A DNA stretch of 51,811 nt from an uncultured Syntrophaceae bacterium (GTDB taxonomy: Bacteria > Desulfobacterota > Syntrophia > Syntrophales > UBA2185), in assembly GCA_903893135.1 (NCBI GenBank), contig CAITLA010000273.1, positions 1 through 51,811 of the forward strand, given 5' to 3'. Below the pieces are notes generated by a model, which was given only the letters and a program-made list of their open reading frames with translations, had not been told where the DNA came from and ran no database searches. Shown piece by piece: positions 18,546 through 28,553 of the stretch (the first letter of the stretch is position 1; the number at the start of each line of letters is the position of its first letter). The position numbers were made by a program, and so were the translations under genes.

Positions 18546-19460
18546 ATGGTATTTAATCTTCCCTCCACATCAATATTCATCCCCACATATAATGATCAAT
18601 CTGATTTGCTTCCTTGTTTGGAATCAATCCGGCGTACGGATTATCCGAAGGAAAAAATTGAAATTGTAATCTGGGATAATGCATCCACGGATAACACCGT
18701 AAAGATGGTTCGAGATCAATTTGCTGAAATGAAAGAGGAAGGATGGTTAGGACTGTCACTGATTCAGAACGATAAAAACGAAGGCAGCTATATACCCTAT
18801 AACCTGGTGTTTTCCAGGCTTTCACAGCAAACGCAATATATTTTGGGAATGGATGCCGATATAGAATTGTCTCGGGACACACTGACAAATCTCATTCAAT
18901 CCGCGCAAGACGAAGACGCGGGCGTCGTGGGCGCACGCTCGGTCTTTTTCGATAATCCGGAATCTACTGCGCATGGTGCCGGTTTTGTCAATCGTTGGAC
19001 GGCCTCTTACGGTGAGGAAGACGCAAGGGAACGAATCAAATGTGATTACGTCATCGGGTGCTGTTGGCTGCTGAAAAAGAGCGTGTTTGATAAAGTGGGC
19101 GGATTCGATCCTCAATACTATATCAATCACTGGGAAGTTGATTACTGTTTACAAGTTCGCGACGAGGGGCATAACATAATCTACGAACCGAAGGCAGTAG
19201 CCAAACACAAGATAGCCCCCACCGGTACGATTAATAAGACGAGGCTGTACTATCTCTACCGAAATAAGATCATCCTGATAAAGAAGCTCTTCCCTATTCC
19301 TCAGCGATGGATTGCTTTGAGTTACCTCTTGATCTTTTCATTACCTAACAGCATATTCATGGCCATTACTCGAAATAGAGGAGTCAACTCCGAGGAATTA
19401 AGATTCATCTGCAAGTCATTTGTAGATGGTTTTCGGAATATCACAGGCAAGACAGTATAA
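18546..19460 (+). CDS. Glycosyltransferase family 2
   Basis: IFIPTYNDQSDLLPCLESI, WDNASTDNT and MDADIEL (DxD). Confidence 0.9.
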   Translation: MVFNLPSTSIFIPTYNDQSDLLPCLESIRRTDYPKEKIEIVIWDNASTDNTVKMVRDQFAEMKEEGWLGLSLIQNDKNEGSYIPYNLVFSRLSQQTQYILGMDADIELSRDTLTNLIQSAQDEDAGVVGARSVFFDNPESTAHGAGFVNRWTASYGEEDARERIKCDYVIGCCWLLKKSVFDKVGGFDPQYYINHWEVDYCLQVRDEGHNIIYEPKAVAKHKIAPTGTINKTRLYYLYRNKIILIKKLFPIPQRWIALSYLLIFSLPNSIFMAITRNRGVNSEELRFICKSFVDGFRNITGKTV

Positions 19461-20588
19461 ATGCGGATTAAACTACTCTTTGCCATAGACAACCTGGAAT
19501 TTGGTGGTGGAGAAAGGGTTTTCGCCCAGATCATCAACGGATTGTCTCCAGAAAACTACGAACTTTGCCTCGTTTCTAACCCAGGCAGAGAGCTATACCA
19601 GTCTCTGATTAACAAAGAAGTTTGCTGCATTCCTTTAGACTTTTCAAAAAGAGCTAACCCCGCACTAATCTTTAAACTAACCAAAATTATTAAAGACAAG
19701 AAAATTGATATCGTCCATGGTCAGGGCGCGAGAGCAGAATTTTACGCTCGGATTGCCGCCAGGCTTGCGGGAGGAACAAAATATGTGTCCACCATCGCCA
19801 TGCCTGTTGAGGGGTATGATGTCGGACTATTGAGAAAATCAATTTATTTCGTATTGGACAGAGCAACGGACAAATATGTTGATAGATTCATTGTTGTATC
19901 TGATGTTCTAAGAAACGCATTGATTACTAAACGCCACATCCCATCTGAAAGGGTTACAAAGATTTACAATGGTATTGAAATCGACCATTATGATCCCAAA
20001 ACTACAACCTCGCGTATCAGAATTAGGGACGGACTCGGTGTGAACAAAGATGATATTCTGCTGGGAGCACTTGGCAGAATGGTGTGGCAAAAAGGATTCG
20101 AATTCCTGATTAAGTGCATTCAAGATGTTGTGAAAGCCCATGGAGAAATTAAGGTCATAATAGTTGGAGAGGGACTGTTGAAAAAAGATCTGGAAAACCT
20201 TTGTCGACAATTGAAGGTCGAAGATAAAACTATATTCGCAGGGTTTAGAAGTGACATAAAAGAAATCCTTTCTGCTGTCGATATCGTGGTGATTCCATCT
20301 CTCTTAGAAGGATTCCCAATGCTTACTTTAGAGGCCATGGCCATGGCAAAGCCTATCGTAGCTACCCGGATTGATGGGATAACAGAGCAGATAACAGATG
20401 GAGTGGAAGGAATCCTTGTCCCGCCTAGAGAACCGATTGCTCTTGCTGACGCAATAAATAAAGTAATTGAAAATAAGGAATTTGCCCGTTCTTTAGGATT
20501 GGCGGCAAGGAAAAAAGTGGAGAAAGAATTTACGGTCGAAAAAATGATCGACGAAACTGTAAATGTGTATCACTCATTACTTGATTAA
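19461..20588 (+). CDS. Glycosyltransferase family 4
   Basis: PSLLEGFPMLTLEAMAMAKP. The start directly abuts the previous stop. Confidence 0.9.
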   Translation: MRIKLLFAIDNLEFGGGERVFAQIINGLSPENYELCLVSNPGRELYQSLINKEVCCIPLDFSKRANPALIFKLTKIIKDKKIDIVHGQGARAEFYARIAARLAGGTKYVSTIAMPVEGYDVGLLRKSIYFVLDRATDKYVDRFIVVSDVLRNALITKRHIPSERVTKIYNGIEIDHYDPKTTTSRIRIRDGLGVNKDDILLGALGRMVWQKGFEFLIKCIQDVVKAHGEIKVIIVGEGLLKKDLENLCRQLKVEDKTIFAGFRSDIKEILSAVDIVVIPSLLEGFPMLTLEAMAMAKPIVATRIDGITEQITDGVEGILVPPREPIALADAINKVIENKEFARSLGLAARKKVEKEFTVEKMIDETVNVYHSLLD

Positions 20589-21442
20589 TGGATACATTCA
20601 AATCATCTAAAGAATCATGCCCATATTGCCATTCTGTGGCCGAATTCGATTTTAGTGTTCATGAAAGACAGTACTTTCATTGTAAGGACTGTGATCTCAT
20701 GTTTCAAGACATACGAGGAGAGCGCAATGAGAAAGAGCAGATACTGTATATTCAGGACTGGTATTTCTCAGAATGTGCCGGGGATCAATTGTCTGGATCT
20801 CGTAACGTGATATATTCTCACGTTTTGGACCTTATCGAGAGTGAGATCGGTGTTGGCAAAGTTCTGGACGTCGGATGCGGCTGCGGTTTCTTTTTGAAAG
20901 AGGCCAGGAATCGCGGTTGGGATATAATGGGCATTGATCCTTCAAAAGAATCCATAGACTACTCCGAAAGGTTATTAGGCACGACTTTTACTTGTATGGG
21001 AACTTTAAAAGATTTATCACAAGAAAATAAATTTGACGTGGTCACGATGATTGATTCAACAGGCTTCTCTTCAGAACCATGGGCGGATATTGAGAAAGCC
21101 AGGACTTTACTTAAAGAGGGAGGCTTACTCTATCTTCGATTTTCCAATGGTGTTTTTCATTCCGCTCTTTTCAAGATGTCCATAAAATTCAAGATCGATT
21201 ACTTTATAAATAATTTTCTTGTATGTCATAGGTATACTTTAACCCCCAGCTTCATCAGAAGGGTGTTAAGTGATTATGGTTTCTCAATGGTCGTTATACA
21301 AAATGCCAGGTTTTCCGAAGAGGGATTCATTAATCGCCTCTTAAAAAAAGCAGTTAGTATAACTCTTAACTCATTGTACTTTATCAGCCGCGGGAGGATT
21401 ATTATTGGTCCTTCACTGGAAGTAATTGCGCGCAAAGCTTAG
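20588..21442 (+). CDS. SAM-dependent methyltransferase with N-terminal zinc-ribbon
   Basis: CPYC...CKDC pairs followed by motif I VLDVGCGCGFF. TAATG overlap with the previous gene. Confidence 0.8.
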   Translation: MDTFKSSKESCPYCHSVAEFDFSVHERQYFHCKDCDLMFQDIRGERNEKEQILYIQDWYFSECAGDQLSGSRNVIYSHVLDLIESEIGVGKVLDVGCGCGFFLKEARNRGWDIMGIDPSKESIDYSERLLGTTFTCMGTLKDLSQENKFDVVTMIDSTGFSSEPWADIEKARTLLKEGGLLYLRFSNGVFHSALFKMSIKFKIDYFINNFLVCHRYTLTPSFIRRVLSDYGFSMVVIQNARFSEEGFINRLLKKAVSITLNSLYFISRGRIIIGPSLEVIARKA

Positions 21443-21501
21443 GATAGCATTTCATTATCAAGGTGTCATATCGAACGAATGATGGTGAAAGAGGACATTG
21501 A

Positions 21502-22572
21502 ATGAAAGAAAAGATCCTGGAATGGTTAGTATGTCCATCTTGCGGCCATGAACTTCAAATGGAGATTGATGTTCAAGACCAGGCAGAGATTATCGAAGGC
21601 AAACTAAAATGCACCTGTTCCGAAATATTCCCTATCATAAAAGGTATACCCAGATTACTCTTGGGATCATTACGAAACGATTTGTCATTACAATATGGAG
21701 ATTATTTTGAACGCTATCCGGAGACATTGGATGCAAATGAAAAATCTACAGTGGATACGTTAGTATCTAAAAAACAAATCACAATGAATCGTTTTAGCTA
21801 TGAGTGGACATACTTTTCCGATTATGCGTGTGACAACTTCTCATCTTTTATCCAACCCCTTGACAAAGATTTTTTTAATGGAAAACTCGGGCTTGATGTT
21901 GGATGCGGTGCAGGCCGGCATGCGAGCGCAGCCAGTCAGAAAGGTGCTGAAATTATTGCTATCGACATTTCACAGGCAGTCGATGCAGCCTACCAAAACA
22001 ACAAAGATAATGAGAATGTCCATGTTGTCCAGGCGGATATTTATAATCTGCCTTTCAGACTTAATACATTTCAGTTTATTTACAGTTTAGGAGTCCTGCA
22101 ACATCTTCCTGAGCCCGAACGCGGTTATCTTACTTTAATACCGTTCTTGAAGGATGGCGGCGCTTTGTTCATCTGGGTTTACGCGTATACACTGCGGAAG
22201 GTTGCCTTGGAATTATTGCGGGCACTTTCTCAGCGGCTCTCGAACGAAAATATCAGACGCATGGCATACCTTTGCAATCTCCTTGATTACGGCATTTTTG
22301 TAAACCTTTACCGATTACTTGCGCATTCGGCGCTTTCCAGCAGACTGGCGGAGCGCTCCTTTCCTCAGCGGTTCAAAGAGTATGCCGCGTATGGGTACCG
22401 CGTCGCGTATGCAGACTGGTTCGACCGATTATCGGCACCCATCACAAACTATTATAAGAAAGAGGAACTCCTTCAATGGTTGGCGAGGAGCGGGTTACAC
22501 AATACGAAGCTTCTTCCCGTCGACGATTCATGGTGGTGGCTTTATGGAGAGAGCGGAAGGATGTCGCCATGA
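21502..22572 (+). CDS. SAM-dependent methyltransferase with Trm112-like zinc-ribbon N-terminus
   Basis: LVCPSCGHEL...LKCTC...IIKGIPRLL followed by GLDVGCGAGRH. Confidence 0.8.
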   Translation: MKEKILEWLVCPSCGHELQMEIDVQDQAEIIEGKLKCTCSEIFPIIKGIPRLLLGSLRNDLSLQYGDYFERYPETLDANEKSTVDTLVSKKQITMNRFSYEWTYFSDYACDNFSSFIQPLDKDFFNGKLGLDVGCGAGRHASAASQKGAEIIAIDISQAVDAAYQNNKDNENVHVVQADIYNLPFRLNTFQFIYSLGVLQHLPEPERGYLTLIPFLKDGGALFIWVYAYTLRKVALELLRALSQRLSNENIRRMAYLCNLLDYGIFVNLYRLLAHSALSSRLAERSFPQRFKEYAAYGYRVAYADWFDRLSAPITNYYKKEELLQWLARSGLHNTKLLPVDDSWWWLYGESGRMSP

Positions 22573-23705
22573 AGATATTAATTGTTGCTTTAGACTTCCC
22601 TCCGAGCACAGGTGGAATCAGCACATATACAAAAGAGACAGCTGCCAGTCTCAGCAAAATTGTCGATGTAACCGTTCTCGCTCCCGGCGTCTCTGATCCA
22701 AACAATATTGATCAAAACTTTCCATATCCAATCAAGAGAACACTTGCATTTCCTATATTGAGATACTTGTCCTTTTTTGTATTCCTACCTTGGTTAGTTG
22801 GGCGATATAAGTTTGATGCAGTTTTGCACACTGTTTGGCCTACTGCTCTGATTAGTCATTTGTTTTATTTGTTTATTCCAGTGCCTTACTTTGTCAGTAT
22901 TCATGCCTCTGAAATCCTTGATGATCAGATGTCCTGGAAACGGCGACTGAAAGGTTTTATGCGCTCATGGAAAATAGCTGCCTTACACAAAGCTAAGGGT
23001 ATTTTTCCGGTCAGTCGCTACAGTTCAAATATTGCCTCTTCATTTGGTGTAAATATGGATCGCATAAAAGTCATACCAAATGGCGTTAATACAGAAATTT
23101 TCAAACCTGCAATCAAAAATAAACCAAAGGGACACACCCCCACACTCCTTACAGTTGCGCGCCTAGATTTGCATAAGGGCCATGATCGTGTACTTGAAGC
23201 CTTAGCCTTATTAAAAAAAGAAGGGGTCGTGCCAAACTATGTTATCGTGGGGACGGGTGATGAAGAAGCACGGTTACGCAAAATGGTTTTCGAGCTCGGA
23301 TTAGAAAGCCAAGTATCCTTTGTCGGTTATGTTCCGAGCACAGATTTGCCTGCCTGGTATTCTAAGAGCGATATATTTGTCATGGCAAGCCGTGAAATAA
23401 AGGATCGTCTGGATTTGATAGAAGGTTTTGGAATCTCTTTTCTCGAAGCCAGCGCAAGTGGGTTGCCGGTTGTAGCTGGAAATTCGGGTGGTGTTTCCGA
23501 TGCTGTGATGGATAATAAGACTGGCTTCTTGGTTAACCCGAACGACCCGTCAGATATTGCACGTGCAATAAAGAAGATAATTACCAATCCTGCTCTTGCA
23601 GAAGATCTCGGACGGTCTGGTCGTCAGTGGACTGAGACAGAGATGAACTGGGATAAAGTTGCTATACGTTTATATGGGGCAATTCAAATATTGATGTCTT
23701 CATAG
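22569..23705 (+). CDS. Glycosyltransferase family 4
   Basis: The ATG at 22569 forms an ATGA overlap with the previous stop. N-terminus MKILIVALDFPPSTGGIS. EX7E-like region IEGFGISFLEASASGLP. Confidence 0.9.
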   Translation: MKILIVALDFPPSTGGISTYTKETAASLSKIVDVTVLAPGVSDPNNIDQNFPYPIKRTLAFPILRYLSFFVFLPWLVGRYKFDAVLHTVWPTALISHLFYLFIPVPYFVSIHASEILDDQMSWKRRLKGFMRSWKIAALHKAKGIFPVSRYSSNIASSFGVNMDRIKVIPNGVNTEIFKPAIKNKPKGHTPTLLTVARLDLHKGHDRVLEALALLKKEGVVPNYVIVGTGDEEARLRKMVFELGLESQVSFVGYVPSTDLPAWYSKSDIFVMASREIKDRLDLIEGFGISFLEASASGLPVVAGNSGGVSDAVMDNKTGFLVNPNDPSDIARAIKKIITNPALAEDLGRSGRQWTETEMNWDKVAIRLYGAIQILMSS

Positions 23706-23766
23706 AATTTCCCGAATATCTATTTAACACAAAAAGCCTACTCCAAAATCATCAAGAAATAATTGA

Positions 23767-24477
23767 ATGAAAGAGATACCTGTTCTGCTCTATCATTATG
23801 TTGGAAATTACCCGGCGGAAATGATGGAAGACGGCCTATCGCCTGAAACCTTTGCGTTTCAGATGAACTTTCTTTCTGAAAACGGCTACAGCGCCGTTGC
23901 GCTTGACCGGGCAGTGGATCACCTGACAGGAAAAATAAAATTGCCTCCCAGATCGCTGGCAATCACAATTGACGGAGGCTATCAAGACGCTCTCACCAAC
24001 GCGTTGCCCGTCTTGAAGAAGCATCAATTCCCAGCAACATTATTTATTGCCCCCGAGTTTATAGGTAGAGCGCAATTAATTAATGGGCAGCCTATCCAAT
24101 GCCTGAATTGGAATGGAGTTGAGGAAATTATTAGTTGTGGTTATGAAACGGGTCTTTTGGCATACGAGGGCAGAGCCATCAGAGCTCAAAATGATGAAGA
24201 ATCCATTAGGAGAAGCATTTTAAAGTCATTGGAGCTTCTTAAACGCAGTTCTAATGTGCAAGTCAGGTATTGCGCATTCAAAGAAGGTGTTCCTCAAGAA
24301 TCATTATGGAATTTTTTGCAAGAACTTGGTTTTCAAGCGGTCTTCACTCAATGCCCCACGAATCAAGCACCGACGCCTGCCGGCATAGGCCGGATACAGA
24401 TCGACGACGATGATCACAATATCTTTCTTACGAAAATATCAGACACATACCTCTTCTTCAAAGATAAGCCCTCCTAG
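23767..24477 (+). CDS. Polysaccharide deacetylase (NodB-homology) family protein, divergent motif 1
   Basis: VLLYHYV... and AITIDGGYQD, where canonical NodB enzymes have TFDDG. Confidence 0.65.
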   Translation: MKEIPVLLYHYVGNYPAEMMEDGLSPETFAFQMNFLSENGYSAVALDRAVDHLTGKIKLPPRSLAITIDGGYQDALTNALPVLKKHQFPATLFIAPEFIGRAQLINGQPIQCLNWNGVEEIISCGYETGLLAYEGRAIRAQNDEESIRRSILKSLELLKRSSNVQVRYCAFKEGVPQESLWNFLQELGFQAVFTQCPTNQAPTPAGIGRIQIDDDDHNIFLTKISDTYLFFKDKPS

Positions 24478-24643
24478 AAGTATATTCGCAGGTACAAGCT
24501 CGATCAATTAGCCCACCATATTTCACAATTATTGAACTATTTCATAACAAGTTGAGATAGTCCCCGACTACACACAAAAACTTAACTGCACAACACTTAT
24601 CTAATATACGCATATTTCTCGACTTACATATTTCTTTAGCCAC

Positions 24644-26398
24644 ATGTTAATGCAGATCAAATCCAGTTTTCGTTTGCACAATAGCTACATATACTGCAAC
24701 GCTATGAGAATATATAATCAAACGGATAAATGTCTGATAGCTATTCTTTTTACAGCTTTGGTCTTACGTTTGACAGCCATATCCTTTGAAATGCCTTACA
24801 TTTATCTAAACACCGACGAGGATAAGGTTATAGTAAATGCGCTTCGCATGGGAGCTGATGGAAGCCTTAATCCAAAAATGTTTTTATACCCCAGCCTTTA
24901 TCTTTATGTCGCATTGTCTGAATTTCTTGCTTATTACTTCTTGGGAACAATTACGGGTACCTTTCACTCTGCTCAGGATTTTGCATATTCCTACTTTCGG
25001 GATCCAACTATCTTTTTTGTGATGGTGCGCGTCACATCTGCCCTACTCGGTACGGCTACCGTTTATGTTACTTTCAGATTGGGAAAACTCATACTAAACA
25101 GGCAGGTTGCACTGGTCTCTGCCTGTATTCTTTCCTTCTGTTGGCTTCATGTATTCTATTCACATCAGGCAATTGTTGATGTTCCTGCTACATTTTTCAC
25201 TTCTCTGGCCATATTATTTTCACTCATGTTTTATAGGTCTCCAAATTTACGTTATGCAACACTCACTGGAATCATGATTGGACTGGCTACCGGGACCAAG
25301 TACCCGGCTGGCGCCGTCGTCGTATCGGGCTTCTCAGCATGCCTTCTAACCAGTCTTCCCACAGCAAAACGGCTTCAATGGATTATTTACATTTCGATAT
25401 TGTCACTTCTGACTTTCGTTATGACCACCCCATATTGCATCATTGACTTTCCTACATTTCTCATTTTCATCAAAGTGATAATTTTTCTTCATGGTGGAAC
25501 GGATATATTGATGACACATTTTTTGAAGACGCACGGATTGTCGTATTACTTGTTTATTACAATTCCCAATGCTATCGGATGGATCCCCTTGCTTATATCT
25601 TTTATTGGATATTTATATTTACTAACGAAGCACACCCACACCGCCATTATTACTGGATCACATGTCTTTCTCCTGATGACCGTAATGGGAAGTTCCACAT
25701 TATTTTACGATAGATTCATATTGCCTATCATGCCTCTGATTGCGCTGTTTTGCGGAGTTGGAGTGGTTTTCATTATTAGTCAACTATTACGCATTATTCA
25801 CAAGACGTATATCGTCCTTGCAATAATAATTGTTTTTATTCCGATAGTTTTAACTACATTGGTAGGAGATATACAACTCTCTCAAACAGACACCCGAGTA
25901 ATAGTAAAGCAATGGATCGAAGAAAATATACCCACAGGGGCCAAGATATTCTCAGAAGCTCATGGTCCTCAACTTCATCTTAACCATGAAGCGGCCAAAG
26001 CCTATCTGGCAGTAGCCAATGAATCATCTGGAGAACGAGGTCAAGGTCGGACATATAAATATATCCTTGATCATCCTGAACATCCTCAGAGTTATTATCT
26101 TCTCTCACGGGGGTCTCGTGATACTCCCGCTCCATTGGACTACTATGTCAATGATGGCTACCGTTACTTTATTTTGGTCAGTACCGTGTTTGTGCCTTTT
26201 ATGAATGATCCTTTTATATCTCCTCCGCACACTCTATTTTACGACTCCATTAAAAAAAGATGTCGCCTTATCAAAGAAGTTGATAAACAGACATTTGATA
26301 AGTCGCAGAATGCAGAAGACATTAACAATTTACTCATTCGTTTATTCGGCCGATATGGTCCGAGAATTCTGGTCTATGAACTTAACACTCCTTCATGA
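24644..26398 (+). CDS. GT-C fold membrane glycosyltransferase (ArnT/PMT, GT39/GT83-like) with C-terminal soluble domain
   Basis: More than 10 TM helices. An acidic motif sits in the first loop (LNTDEDKVIVNALRM). The start may instead be the ATG at 24704. Confidence 0.7.
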   Translation: MLMQIKSSFRLHNSYIYCNAMRIYNQTDKCLIAILFTALVLRLTAISFEMPYIYLNTDEDKVIVNALRMGADGSLNPKMFLYPSLYLYVALSEFLAYYFLGTITGTFHSAQDFAYSYFRDPTIFFVMVRVTSALLGTATVYVTFRLGKLILNRQVALVSACILSFCWLHVFYSHQAIVDVPATFFTSLAILFSLMFYRSPNLRYATLTGIMIGLATGTKYPAGAVVVSGFSACLLTSLPTAKRLQWIIYISILSLLTFVMTTPYCIIDFPTFLIFIKVIIFLHGGTDILMTHFLKTHGLSYYLFITIPNAIGWIPLLISFIGYLYLLTKHTHTAIITGSHVFLLMTVMGSSTLFYDRFILPIMPLIALFCGVGVVFIISQLLRIIHKTYIVLAIIIVFIPIVLTTLVGDIQLSQTDTRVIVKQWIEENIPTGAKIFSEAHGPQLHLNHEAAKAYLAVANESSGERGQGRTYKYILDHPEHPQSYYLLSRGSRDTPAPLDYYVNDGYRYFILVSTVFVPFMNDPFISPPHTLFYDSIKKRCRLIKEVDKQTFDKSQNAEDINNLLIRLFGRYGPRILVYELNTPS

Positions 26399-26627
26399 CT
26401 CTCCAGTAACCTAACAAAGAGTGATAATAATAGAGCTTGTGGGATCCATTCGTATGCATATTTATTCCAACCTACAACGATTGCGATGATCTTGATGGCC
26501 CCATTTGATAGCATTCACACACCAAAATTTCATAAAGTTACTCAGATCTATCGAAAACGCCCAGTGATTTTGCAAGATCGGGGTTTTTTGATAATTTGTT
26601 ATCTTCTCAAAGAATAAGTGTAAACCC

Positions 26628-28553
26628 ATGTGCGGGATCTGCGGCAAACTGACAACAGATGGTAAACCTGTAGACGAAGGCATGCTTCGAAAGATGTGTT
26701 CCGTCCTGTCGCACCGTGGGCCTGATGATGAGGGTGTGTACATAGGCGCTAAGCATGCATCTATCAGTTCACACGTGAATATCGGTCTGGGACACAGAAG
26801 ACTCAGCATCATCGATCTGTCCGAGGCAGGCAGGCAGCCCATGTCCAATGAGGACAAAACTGTCCGGATGGTCTTCAACGGTGAAATCTACAATTTTCAA
26901 CCGTTAAGGGCTGAACTTGAGAGCAAGGGCCATCGATTTTATTCACACACGGATACGGAGGCAATCATCCACCTCTATGAGGAAGAAGGAATCGACGCAG
27001 TGAAAAGGCTTGTCGGGATGTTTGCCTTTGCCCTCTGGGACGAAAGAAAACAAGCACTCATCCTGTGCAGGGATCATATTGGCATCAAACCTCTCGTCTA
27101 TTCATGGGACGGGAATGCCCTCGTTTTTGCCTCAGAGATTAAAGGGGTTCTCCAGGATCCGGACGTGAAAAGGGAGATGGACTGGGATGCCCTGAGTCTT
27201 TATCTGACATTCAATTATGTCCCGGCGCCCTATACGATTTTCAAGAGCGTAAGAAAACTAAAACCCGGCCACATTCTCATTTTTCAAAATGGGGAAGTAC
27301 GGGAAGAAGCCTACTGGAATATCCAGCCGAATCTCCACAAAAAAAGCGTTGAAGAAAATTTCGCTGCCCAAAAGCATGAGCTATTTAGAACATTGGAAGA
27401 GGCGGTCAGCATGCAGATGATCGCCGATGTACCCCTGGGCGCATTTCTGAGCGGCGGCATCGATTCGAGCATTATCGTGGGGCTCATGGCCAGGAATTCC
27501 AGCCAGCCGGTAAAGACATACACCATCGGCTACAAGGATATGCCCCTGTTTGACGAAACTGATTACGCCAGGGATGTCGCACTGTTCAACCGGACGGACC
27601 ACCACGAGATAAAGCTCGATGCCAGAGATATTATGGAAGCCATCCCGCAGGTGCTTGCTTCGTTCGATGAACCCTTCGGTGATTCTTCCGCAGTTCCCAC
27701 CTTTGTCGTATCAAGAGAAACGAGAAAAGGGGTTAAGGTTGCCCTTTCCGGCGACGGCGGCGATGAGCTTTTTGCGGGCTATAGAATGTATAAGGGTGAA
27801 GATTTGTACAGCAGATATCGCTTGATTCCTTCATTCATTAGAAAAAATCTCATAGAACCTTTTCTGATGTCTCTATCCGACTCGCGCGATGAAAACTTTT
27901 CCGAATATATCAGAAGGTCAAAGAAATTCATCAGGGGCGCAAAGGATACATTCGCGGAGCGCTTCTTCACCTGGAATGAAATCTTCAACGGAGATCTGAG
28001 AAAAGAGATTCTCAGTGGTTCCAAAACCGTGGACAAGGAACTCGGCATAAAGTTGATGGCATCGAGATTGAACGAGTTGCAGGATGATCACATAAACAGA
28101 ATGCTTTATGCCGATCTCAAGGAATCCCTGCCCGGCGACATGCTGAAGAAGGTGGATGCCATGAGCATGTTTCATTCTCTCGAAGTTCGTGTTCCCATCT
28201 TAGACCACAGGGTATGTGAACTGGCCTTTTCCATGAGAGGAGACTGGAAACTTCGAAACGGCAAGAGCAAATATGTCTTAGTGGAAACCTTTAAAGATAT
28301 CCTGCCCCCTTCCCTGCACAACCGGCCCAAATGGGGATTCGAGATGCCTATCAGCAAATGGCTCAAGACGGACTTGAGATATCTGATCGAAGAATATCTG
28401 TCAAAGGACGTTATTACGCGGCAGGGCATCTTCAATTACGCTGTCATCCAGGACCGTATAAACAATCTGATGTCAAACAAGGTTGATACATCGTGGCAGA
28501 TATGGAACCTCATCGTCTTCCAGGTCTGGTATGGGCAGTATGGGAAATATTAA
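26628..28553 (+). CDS. asnB: Asparagine synthetase (glutamine-hydrolysing) family amidotransferase
   Basis: N-terminal MCGICG (Ntn Cys2), PP-loop FLSGGIDSS, 641 aa. Confidence 0.93.
   Translation: MCGICGKLTTDGKPVDEGMLRKMCSVLSHRGPDDEGVYIGAKHASISSHVNIGLGHRRLSIIDLSEAGRQPMSNEDKTVRMVFNGEIYNFQPLRAELESKGHRFYSHTDTEAIIHLYEEEGIDAVKRLVGMFAFALWDERKQALILCRDHIGIKPLVYSWDGNALVFASEIKGVLQDPDVKREMDWDALSLYLTFNYVPAPYTIFKSVRKLKPGHILIFQNGEVREEAYWNIQPNLHKKSVEENFAAQKHELFRTLEEAVSMQMIADVPLGAFLSGGIDSSIIVGLMARNSSQPVKTYTIGYKDMPLFDETDYARDVALFNRTDHHEIKLDARDIMEAIPQVLASFDEPFGDSSAVPTFVVSRETRKGVKVALSGDGGDELFAGYRMYKGEDLYSRYRLIPSFIRKNLIEPFLMSLSDSRDENFSEYIRRSKKFIRGAKDTFAERFFTWNEIFNGDLRKEILSGSKTVDKELGIKLMASRLNELQDDHINRMLYADLKESLPGDMLKKVDAMSMFHSLEVRVPILDHRVCELAFSMRGDWKLRNGKSKYVLVETFKDILPPSLHNRPKWGFEMPISKWLKTDLRYLIEEYLSKDVITRQGIFNYAVIQDRINNLMSNKVDTSWQIWNLIVFQVWYGQYGKY

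Noticed and set aside
26555-26600. AAAACGCCC...GGGGTTTTTT upstream of asnB, considered as a terminator.
   Set aside because: The stem is imperfect and short, and the element lies 170 nt past the upstream stop. This is not convincing enough to annotate.
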